A stretch of DNA of 63,992 nucleotides, filler included, from an uncultured bacterium (lineage in GTDB: Bacteria; Latescibacterota; UBA2968), in NCBI GenBank assembly GCA_964471275.1. It is 9 parts of 9 records of this genome, joined end to end, with 100 filler letters (N's around TTAATTAATTAA, not from the genome) between each part and the next. Parts side by side here need not be neighbours in the genome. Positions count along the whole stretch, not along the records: positions 52,904 to 60,164 come from CAYYGZ010000235.1; positions 60,265 to 63,992 come from CAYYGZ010000330.1; 7 more parts are not named here. The stretch is one strand, 5' to 3'. A program made the translations under genes and the position numbers. This document shows, one piece after another, positions 56,895 to 63,992 of the stretch (positions within the stretch are counted from its first letter, which is position 1; each line of letters begins with the position of its first letter). The notes below the pieces were generated by a model. That model worked only from the letters and a program-made list of their open reading frames with translations, searched no databases and had not been told where the DNA came from.

Positions 56895-58520
56895 CTACTG
56901 GCGATCTGCGGAAACGACCTTGGACTTCAGGACGTGACGGTGAAGCCCGGGTATGTGTGTCTTTTGTACGTAGGCACGCCAATCGATACGACTGACGTCT
57001 GTGTTGAAGCGCGCCTGATCTTCCGGATCCATCTCACAGAACACCCGTTCGAGGTTCTTCGTCTCGAAACGACAATCGAGAAAGGTATACGGTGCGTAGA
57101 TCTCACATAGCGCGAGAACGCGCTCGAGCGTTGCCTCTCCACGGGTGACCTTTCGCATCATCCGGTTCGTCCAGCTCGATTCGGGCAACCTGTCCAGAAG
57201 CCAGCGTGTCAGGAACATCGGGAGCTTGTAGCGAAGCTGGCACCACCGGTTGAAACGTTCGACAGTCGGGAATCGCCACCGTTTTACGTGGATCGGATTG
57301 CCTTCCCGATTGATCACGGGATGGGCGCGGTAATACTCGTAGACGTAGTAGAAAATTTCGCCGAATCGGATCGGGTTACGTGCTCCAGTTCCCACGTGAT
57401 ACACCTCGATTTCCTCTGATTCACGGATACGGGGCAAGACTGAGAGAATCGCGTTCGCCACGATATCGACCGGGATCACGTCGAGGACAACCTCGGGATC
57501 AGCCGGAAAATCTGACAAACGACCTTTGCTGAAGTGCGCAATCAAAGGATCTGCAACCTTGAGGCCTTCCAGCCAGCCTGGCTCAGGATCGCTGAGACTG
57601 CTCTCGATGATGGAGGGTCTGACGATCGCTACGGGCAGGTTGCCGCGCTCCTTCTGGATCAGCTGCTCGCCCATTGCCTTTGTCATCGTGTATGCGTCAT
57701 TCCATCCGTGATGACGTCCGCGTCGCAATCCCTCCTGAACCAGACGAGCCTGTACCCAGCGCTCCTTCAGAGCATCCAACTGATGTTCGAGCCGGTGCTC
57801 CGTCACGCGCTTTCCACGATTCTGTCGGGCAAGCTGCCCCTCGAACTCCTTCGTTCGACCCGGCACTTCCGCCTCGTCTCTGACGCGATCGGTAAATGCC
57901 TGGATCTCGGAGATCTGCTCTTCGAGGTCGTACCGGGGAGCGTAGCCATTTGCGAGCTGCTGCGCCACAGATGTATCCGGCGGAATCAATGCCTCCGGGA
58001 TCAGGCCTGTCATCTGCCCGTTCACGTAGGCCGTGGAGACATACACGAAACTCGCGTCCTGGCATCCCTTCGCGAAATCGAGCATACGGATCAGCCCGAT
58101 CGCGTTCTGTCTCAGTGCCATGTCTACCGGCTCATCGAACACAACGGTGGCCGCACTGCTGATCACTACGTCGACCTCGCCCTGCAGCTGCTCGCGGACC
58201 GACGGATCAATCCCTAAACCGTCATATTCCAGCCCTTTCCACCCCACGACCTTGAGCTTTTCGCGGACGCGGCCCTCGAAGGTATCCCCCCACTCGCGTC
58301 TGAGGACATCAAAAGCACTCGAAGCGATCACCTGATCCAGACGGGACTCCGCCGAATGCGTGTCGCCACTCTTGAGCTTCCGCTCGCGTACAGGGATGTA
58401 GATGCGTTTGATGTCGGGCACGTGTCGGAGCACTTGGACAACCACGGCCTTACCGACGAAACCGGTCGCGCCCGTCACAAACAACACCTTGTCTTCTAGA
58501 TAGGCTGGGATGCTTTGCAT
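56895..58520 (-). CDS. Alcohol-forming fatty acyl-CoA reductase (FAR; extended SDR plus Sterile domain)
   Basis: TGATGFVG, SAATVVFD, YVSTAYV, YTMTKAMGE (YxxxK), RPSIIES..EP.PGW-like, DVIPVDIVAN, IDW..Y....HIPGL. Confidence 0.92.
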   Translation of the reverse strand: MQSIPAYLEDKVLFVTGATGFVGKAVVVQVLRHVPDIKRIYIPVRERKLKSGDTHSAESRLDQVIASSAFDVLRREWGDTFEGRVREKLKVVGWKGLEYDGLGIDPSVREQLQGEVDVVISSAATVVFDEPVDMALRQNAIGLIRMLDFAKGCQDASFVYVSTAYVNGQMTGLIPEALIPPDTSVAQQLANGYAPRYDLEEQISEIQAFTDRVRDEAEVPGRTKEFEGQLARQNRGKRVTEHRLEHQLDALKERWVQARLVQEGLRRGRHHGWNDAYTMTKAMGEQLIQKERGNLPVAIVRPSIIESSLSDPEPGWLEGLKVADPLIAHFSKGRLSDFPADPEVVLDVIPVDIVANAILSVLPRIRESEEIEVYHVGTGARNPIRFGEIFYYVYEYYRAHPVINREGNPIHVKRWRFPTVERFNRWCQLRYKLPMFLTRWLLDRLPESSWTNRMMRKVTRGEATLERVLALCEIYAPYTFLDCRFETKNLERVFCEMDPEDQARFNTDVSRIDWRAYVQKTHIPGLHRHVLKSKVVSADRQ

Positions 58521-58698
58521 AGATTTCTGGATCTTCGGTCTGGACGACTGGGAGGAGTCGAGAGCCCGGCGAGAATTCAGTCGAGAATGACTGAATAGCA
58601 TTGTGGCAAGAGCAGGATAATAAACACCCCTGTGCCACAGAGTGTCAACCCAATTCTCCCCGAGGAATAAGGCCAAATTGACCGAAAGGGCTTTCGGG

Positions 58699-58727
58699 TT
58701 GACAAAACATCAGCCGACTTCTATGTT
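58699..58727 (+). promoter_or_regulatory. Putative sigma70 promoter of the ndk operon
   Basis: TTGACA-17 nt-TATGTT. Confidence 0.6.
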
Positions 58728-58755
58728 TTCCAACTTCAGTAAGATAGACGGAATT

Positions 58756-58784
58756 GGCCTTTCTGCATAGGAGGCCCTTTTTTT
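58756..58784 (+). terminator. Terminator-like hairpin in the ndk 5' leader
   Basis: GGCCTTTCT-GCAT-AGGAGGCC followed by C and T7. Confidence 0.45.
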
Positions 58785-58809
58785 GTTTGTTGGTGCAGGA
58801 GAGTAGAAG

Positions 58810-59208
58810 ATGGCCAAGACATTAATGATCGTGAAACCGGATGCGGTCGCAAAGAACGCGATCGGCGACATCATCCGGCGGGTTGAAGAGCAGGGCTTCA
58901 AGGTTCTTGAACTACGGATGATCCACCAGACGCGCGAACAGGCGGGCAAATTCTACGAAGTCCACAAGGAACGACCGTTTTACGGCGAATTGGTCGATTT
59001 CATGACCTCAGGGCCCTGCGTCCCCATGGTGCTCGAACGCGAAGATGCCGTTGTCAAGCTGCGTGAAGTCATCGGGGCGACGAATCCCGAAGAGGCAGCT
59101 GAAGGCACGATCCGGCACGCCCACGGGGCAAACATCGGGAACAACGCAGTGCACGGCTCCGATTCACCAGAGAACGCACAGATCGAGATCGCGCACTACT
59201 TCGGGTAG
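58810..59208 (+). CDS. ndk: Nucleoside diphosphate kinase
   Basis: KPDAV, FYEVHKERPF, IGATNP, GTIR, NAVHGSDS. Confidence 0.98.
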   Translation: MAKTLMIVKPDAVAKNAIGDIIRRVEEQGFKVLELRMIHQTREQAGKFYEVHKERPFYGELVDFMTSGPCVPMVLEREDAVVKLREVIGATNPEEAAEGTIRHAHGANIGNNAVHGSDSPENAQIEIAHYFG

Positions 59209-59214
59209 AGTCGG

Positions 59215-59754
59215 ATGAGTCAGCCGGACGCCGAAAATACGATGAAGATCGACCTCCGGGAGCTGGAGGAAGGCGAAACAGATTTCGCATACGCACAAAC
59301 TGCCGCCGACCTCGACCTGGCGTCAGATGAGTATGTGTTTACCGGGCCGATCAACACGTCGGTCAAGGTTCTGAAGCTCAGCGAATCGCTCTCGGCGGTC
59401 GGAACCGCCAGCTTCCAAATCAAGGCAGGCTGCGCTCGATGCAGTGAGAGAATCGAGCTCGGATTCGAAGCTGAGTTTTCCTTCGTTTTCCAGAAGGGGA
59501 AGCCTCGCGGCGTAGAAGGTGATGAAGACGACACGTTGGTGTGGCTCGATGAAGAGTCGAATGAACTGGATCTTGGGAAGGAAGTCAGAGACTACATCCT
59601 GCTTGAGATCCCGGTAAACCCCGTCTGCGAAGCGTATGCGGCCGGCACCTGCCCAAACCTGGCAGAAGTCGAGAAGATCGAACGTGAGGCCAGTGGGTCT
59701 GAAGCCGAGGACCCGAGATGGAGCGCCCTGCGCATCCTCAAATCGGAAGATTGA
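59215..59754 (+). CDS. yceD: YceD/DUF177 family protein
   Basis: CARC, LDL...VRD.ILL.IP..P.C, DPRWSAL; upstream of rpmF. Confidence 0.9.
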   Translation: MSQPDAENTMKIDLRELEEGETDFAYAQTAADLDLASDEYVFTGPINTSVKVLKLSESLSAVGTASFQIKAGCARCSERIELGFEAEFSFVFQKGKPRGVEGDEDDTLVWLDEESNELDLGKEVRDYILLEIPVNPVCEAYAAGTCPNLAEVEKIEREASGSEAEDPRWSALRILKSED

Positions 59755-59784
59755 CAGAAGCGATCTGAAACAAGGAGAAGAACC

Positions 59785-59967
59785 GTGGCTCACCCAAAAC
59801 GCAGAAGCTCGAACTCACGCACAGGCAAACGCAGAACGCATTGGAAGCTGAAGGCGATCAACACCGCAGCCTGCCCGAACTGCGGGTCGACTCGACTGCC
59901 CCACCGTGTGTGCGGGAACTGCGGCCATTACAATGGTCGTGAAGTCATTGAAGGCGAAGGCATTTAG
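59785..59967 (+). CDS. rpmF: 50S ribosomal protein L32 (zinc-ribbon type)
   Basis: MAHPKRRSS, CPNCG, PHRVCGNCGHYNGREV. Confidence 0.98.
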   Translation: MAHPKRRSSNSRTGKRRTHWKLKAINTAACPNCGSTRLPHRVCGNCGHYNGREVIEGEGI

Positions 59968-60021
59968 CGCTGAAGTTTCCTATATTCTGACCTGCACGTC
60001 ACAACGATAGGAAATCGCAAG

Positions 60022-60164
60022 ATGCCAAATCCAGTAAGGGCGGCGATAACGAGCGTCGCGCACTACCTTCCCGAAGACCGGCTCACCAACGACGATCTAT
60101 CCAAGATGGTCGATACGACCGACGAGTGGATAATGTCCCACGTCGGGATAAAGGAACGCCGGAT
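60022..60164 (+). CDS. fabH: Beta-ketoacyl-ACP synthase III, N-terminal part
   Basis: [24 protein letters not shown]...GIKERR. Confidence 0.93.
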
Positions 60165-60264
60165 NNNNNNNNNNNNNNNNNNNNNNNNNNNNNNNNNNNN
60201 NNNNNNNNTTAATTAATTAANNNNNNNNNNNNNNNNNNNNNNNNNNNNNNNNNNNNNNNNNNNN
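60165..60264. other. Artificial contig linker
   Basis: N44-TTAATTAATTAA-N44. Confidence 0.99.
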
Positions 60265-61082
60265 CCCAGGACGAACGCCCGTTTGCTTTGGTACTATCGT
60301 GGGGTCCGCCTCACAATCCCTACCGGGACATACCGGATGAGTATCTCGACACGTATCCGGTCGACGACGTGGAGACACGTCCCAACTGCGAGAATCCGAA
60401 CAGGCAGGATCTGTCCGGCTACTATGCGCACGTTACGGTGCTCGATGAACAGCTGGGTCGAGTGCAGGATCTCCTGGAGCAGAAGGACCTGATGGAGAAC
60501 ACCGTCTTCATCTACACCTCGGATCACGGCGATATGCTCGGCTCCCAGGGCGAGCAGAGAAAACAGAAGCCGTGGGATGAATCGGTTCGTGTCCCCTTTG
60601 TGATTCGTTGTCCTGGCCAGGTCGGCAAGGGCCTCACACTGAGTAAGCCGATCAACATGGTTGACCTGATGCCGACACTGCTCGGCTTTACCGGGATCGA
60701 CATCCCAGAGACCGTCGAAGGCAGAGACGCCTCCAACCTATTTACCGGGCACGAACCCGATGGCGACGACGTCGCATTGACGATGTGCATCGCCCCCTTC
60801 GCCGAATACACGGGGCTGCCCTGGCGTGGCGTCAGAACTTCGCGCTACACGTATACGCGTCGGCTCGACGGCCCCTGGCTCCTGTTCGACAACGAAACCG
60901 ACCCGTATCAGATGATCAATCTGATCAACAACCCGGAATACGGGTCGTTGCAGGCCCAGCTCGAAGGTTACCTCACCCGGTTACTCGAAGAGCGCAATGA
61001 CCCGTTCGAGTCCGCAGACTATTACATCACCAAGTGGGGCTTCGAGGTCGACGAGAATAGCGCCGTCCCATACGAAAACTGA
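60265..61082 (+). CDS. Sulfatase, C-terminal part
   Basis: WGPPHNPY, YYA.V..LD..LG, TSDHGDMLG, KQKPWDESVRVP, DLMPT, DPYQM.NL. Confidence 0.92.
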
Positions 61083-61128
61083 TCCAGACCTGGCCGTGCC
61101 CGATGCGTGCCTACTCCCGGAGTAGACC

Positions 61129-62262
61129 ATGAAGATAACCGAAGTAAAGTGCTTCCCCTGCTTCAACGGCAACCGCAATTACCTGTTCGTCAAAGTCGAG
61201 ACGGACGAAGGCCTGTATGGTGTCGGAGAGTTTGGCATCACCTGGAAGGAGCAGGCGGGCATCGGCGCGATCGAACACATGAAAACGGACCTCATCGGTC
61301 AGGACCCGCTGAACACCGAGTATCTGTGGCAGCTGTTGTTCCGGGGGGATTTTTTCCCGGGTGGCCGAATCAACATGGCTGCGCAAAGCGCGATTGACAT
61401 CGCGTTGTGGGACATCAAGGGTAAGGCACTCGATCAGCCCGTTTACACGCTTCTCGGTGGAAAGATGCGAGACCGTGTAGTGTGCTACAAAGGCGTGGGA
61501 GGCAAAACGCCAGAGCAGACGGCTCTCTCTGCGAAGGAACGCGTTTCCGAGGGCTGGAAATTCATGCGTCTCAGTGTCACGGATCGAGACGGCGTGTTGG
61601 AGGGGCCCATCGCTGTCCGGGATGCCGTCGACCATTTCGCTGCGGTCCGGGAGGCCGTCGGCCCGGATATCGAGATCGTAATCGACGTCCACACACGACT
61701 TGCTCCCCCCGATACAATCAGGCTGGGACGCAAGCTCGAGGCCTATGACCCGTACTTCATCGAAGACCCTCTCCGCTGCGAGAATCCGCAAAGCTACCGG
61801 CTCGTCCGCCAGCACGTCCCCATCCCCCTGGCCATAGGCGAGCACTTCGCGACAAAGTGGGAATTCCGCCAGCTCATTGAAGAGGAACTGCTCGACTATG
61901 CACGCATCGATCTGTGTATCGTCGGCGGCCTCACGGAGGCCCGGAAAATCGCAAACTGGTGCGAGACCCACTACATCAAGATCGTCCCGCACAATCCGCT
62001 CGGTCCGGTCAGTGCTGCGGCCTGTCTGCACCTCGACGTCGCCACGGACAACTTCGCGGTACAGGAAGCGGGCCTGGTCGGGAATGCCGTCATGGCGGAT
62101 CTATTCCCTGTACAGATCCCCTACGAGAACGGCTATATGCTTGCACCGAAGGCTCCGGGATTGGGAGTCGAGTTCAACGAGGAAGCGGCCAAGAAGTACC
62201 CATTCAAGCTGCTGCACGGGCCGAGACTGGCTCGGGAGGATGGGTCATTCACAAACTGGTAG
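61129..62262 (+). CDS. Mandelate racemase/muconate lactonizing family acid-sugar dehydratase
   Basis: GVGE, IDIALWDIKGK, DVHTR, IEDP, IGE, PHNPLGP, PGLGV. Confidence 0.93.
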   Translation: MKITEVKCFPCFNGNRNYLFVKVETDEGLYGVGEFGITWKEQAGIGAIEHMKTDLIGQDPLNTEYLWQLLFRGDFFPGGRINMAAQSAIDIALWDIKGKALDQPVYTLLGGKMRDRVVCYKGVGGKTPEQTALSAKERVSEGWKFMRLSVTDRDGVLEGPIAVRDAVDHFAAVREAVGPDIEIVIDVHTRLAPPDTIRLGRKLEAYDPYFIEDPLRCENPQSYRLVRQHVPIPLAIGEHFATKWEFRQLIEEELLDYARIDLCIVGGLTEARKIANWCETHYIKIVPHNPLGPVSAAACLHLDVATDNFAVQEAGLVGNAVMADLFPVQIPYENGYMLAPKAPGLGVEFNEEAAKKYPFKLLHGPRLAREDGSFTNW

Positions 62263-62340
62263 ATTAAACAGCATCGTGCAGAAGACCGAAGAAGTAACCG
62301 CAGGGGACACGGAGAATGCTAAGGGAGGCACAGCACGCCC

Positions 62341-62775
62341 TTACCTTGACATTCTAGATACGCAACGGATCGCTGGCGGGACCGGGTGGAACTTGTTGGC
62401 AAGCTGGGTTCGTGGCAGCCGCGGGTCTGAATAAGCCGCTTGATCCCGAGTCGCGTGGTCCCAGTCCAGAATCAGTCCCTTCTCGAATCCGGTCGCTCTC
62501 AGGTAATTCAGAAGCTGTGCCTCGTGTGTTCGGTCGATCTCCCTTGCTGTCAGCTCAAGGATAACCCGGTTCTCGATAACCAGATCAGCTGCATAGTGGC
62601 CAACCTCTGCGCTGCCATAGTGCACGCTGATTGAGATCTGCTGTCTGTATTCCAGCCCCGAAGTCCCTAATTCCAAGGCGAGCGCATTCTCGTAGACCTT
62701 ATCTAGAAAGCCGGGCCCTAACCCCTTGCTGACATTCACCGCACAGCCCAGTATCTTGTCCGTTAGTCTTTCCAT
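62341..62775 (-). pseudogene. GxxExxY family (PD-(D/E)XK-like) protein, degraded
   Basis: GPGFLDKVY (E to D), ADLVIE.RVILELTA (K to T), HEAQLLNYLRATG; frameshift before GTTRLGIKRL. Confidence 0.82.
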
Positions 62776-62827
62776 CCCAAACCCTCTGCGGTTCCCTGTT
62801 CGCAATCCTACTCACTGAGGTAACGCG

Positions 62828-63992
62828 ATGCAATCCATCCACGTCCCCTTCGGGATGTACTATAGCGACGAGAAGCTGGCCCTGACCTTCCCCGATTCCT
62901 GGGAGATCGAAGTGTCTGAAATAGCAGGTGGACCAGATATCGGGGATGCGGGAATCCGGGCGGCGTTCACGAACCCGATCGGGTCGGCGAGGCTGTCAGA
63001 GATCGCCAAAGGGAAGGCTTCTGCCGCGATCCTGATAGATGACCTGACACGCCCAACACCGGCGGGGCAGCTCGTCCCGTATATTTTGGAAGAGCTCGAA
63101 GCTGGGGGTATCCACGAAGATCAGGTGCGCATCATTGGCGCTGTCGCTGCACATCGGGCGATGGTGCGTCAGGACTTCATTAAGAAGCTGGGCAAGAATA
63201 TTGTCGACCGGATGCAGGTCATCTGCCATAACGCCGACGACAATCTCGACTTCCTGGGACATTCGAGTCGGGGGATCCCCCTCTGGGTAAATCGTGACTT
63301 TATGTCGTGCCAGGTCCGTATCGCTCTAGGTATGATCACTCCCCGCGGAGGATTCTTCGGGGGCGGAGCGAAACTCGTGCTCCCGGGCGCCTCCGGGCGT
63401 GTTTCGATCGCGGCCAATCACCGATACGTACACGAGGGATTCCGTGAGCATCTGGATGAAGTCGCTCGGATCGTCGGATTGGACTACCTCGTGAACCCGT
63501 GTCTGAATCCGGATCTGGAGATCGACGCGCTCGTGACCGGTGATCCGGTCGACGCCTATTGGGCAGGGGTCGAGATCGGAAAGAAGGTCTATGCGTCACC
63601 ATTCCCCGAGAACCCCGACATCGCAGTCTTCAATGCGTGGCCCAAGGACGCGGAGTTCACGCAGGCGGGGATGGCAATGGTGCCTGTCCGCGGCGGGAAC
63701 GCAGCCAAGCTCAAGGACGATACGACAGTCGTCTTGTCGACAGCCTCACCCGAGGGAATGGGCTTCCACTCGGTTTTCGGGGCGGGAGCGGAGTTGAAAG
63801 GGAAACCCTCGCCTCAGAGATGGCGCACGATCATCTTCTCACCCAACCTGAACAAATGGGACGTCCTGCTGATGTACGGCGAGCACGTCACGTTCTGCAA
63901 GACTTGGGATGAAGTGCTCATTGAGCTGAAGAAGAATCACGGAGAGTCGGCGAAAGTTGCGCTGTTTCCGTATGGTTCTATACAGTATTGCG
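62828..63992 (+). CDS. Lactate racemase (LarA) domain, nickel-pincer-dependent protein; runs off the window (not in ORF track)
   Basis: NPIGS..L, IDDLTRPTP, AAHR, HN, GIPLWVN, FGGGAKLVLPG, IAANH, WPKD, PEGMG. Confidence 0.88.
   Translation, partial: MQSIHVPFGMYYSDEKLALTFPDSWEIEVSEIAGGPDIGDAGIRAAFTNPIGSARLSEIAKGKASAAILIDDLTRPTPAGQLVPYILEELEAGGIHEDQVRIIGAVAAHRAMVRQDFIKKLGKNIVDRMQVICHNADDNLDFLGHSSRGIPLWVNRDFMSCQVRIALGMITPRGGFFGGGAKLVLPGASGRVSIAANHRYVHEGFREHLDEVARIVGLDYLVNPCLNPDLEIDALVTGDPVDAYWAGVEIGKKVYASPFPENPDIAVFNAWPKDAEFTQAGMAMVPVRGGNAAKLKDDTTVVLSTASPEGMGFHSVFGAGAELKGKPSPQRWRTIIFSPNLNKWDVLLMYGEHVTFCKTWDEVLIELKKNHGESAKVALFPYGSIQYC

Noticed and set aside
7550..60264. Regularly spaced TTAATTAATTAA palindrome as a biological repeat or CRISPR
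   Set aside because: Always centred in a 100-nt N spacer between length-sorted contigs, so it is an artificial linker. Gene adjacency across linkers is meaningless.
61111..62031. Long antisense ORFs (also 9986-10822, 34937-35731, 2017-2742)
   Set aside because: Shadow frames of well-supported genes, expected with GC-rich codon usage; no motifs.

Overview
The window is not one locus. It holds nine contigs of about 7.3-7.5 kb (the last truncated at the window edge), sorted by decreasing length and joined by artificial 100-nt N44-TTAATTAATTAA-N44 linkers. This layout suggests a fragmented draft or metagenome-assembled genome of a GC-rich diderm bacterium (skp/fabZ, LolA-like, FliL-like genes). 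Most genes are heterotrophic catabolic genes: sugar and peptide ABC transporters, Gfo/Idh/MocA oxidoreductases, enolase-superfamily dehydratases, a sulfatase, tandem heparinase II/III-like proteins and PhyH dioxygenases. There are also housekeeping genes (pyrF, ychF, ndk, rpmF, fabH, tRNA-Arg). The standout is a tightly packed minus-strand operon at 52904-58520: fatty acyl-CoA reductase, an unusual HxxxxD acyltransferase, an animal-like alkylglycerone-phosphate synthase and an SDR. Together these map one-to-one onto the eukaryotic peroxisomal ether-lipid pathway, and the operon sits divergent from ndk-yceD-rpmF-fabH, where plsX is absent. Other notable observations: about 10 pseudogenes or deletion scars, an unannotated 57-aa membrane subunit in an ABC operon, a covarying REP-like hairpin family, antisense four-helix-bundle and GxxExxY genes bracketed by inverted repeats, a candidate structured ncRNA, and a LarA homolog with a catalytic His replaced by Arg. 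All family assignments come from motif recognition by eye; no database search was run.
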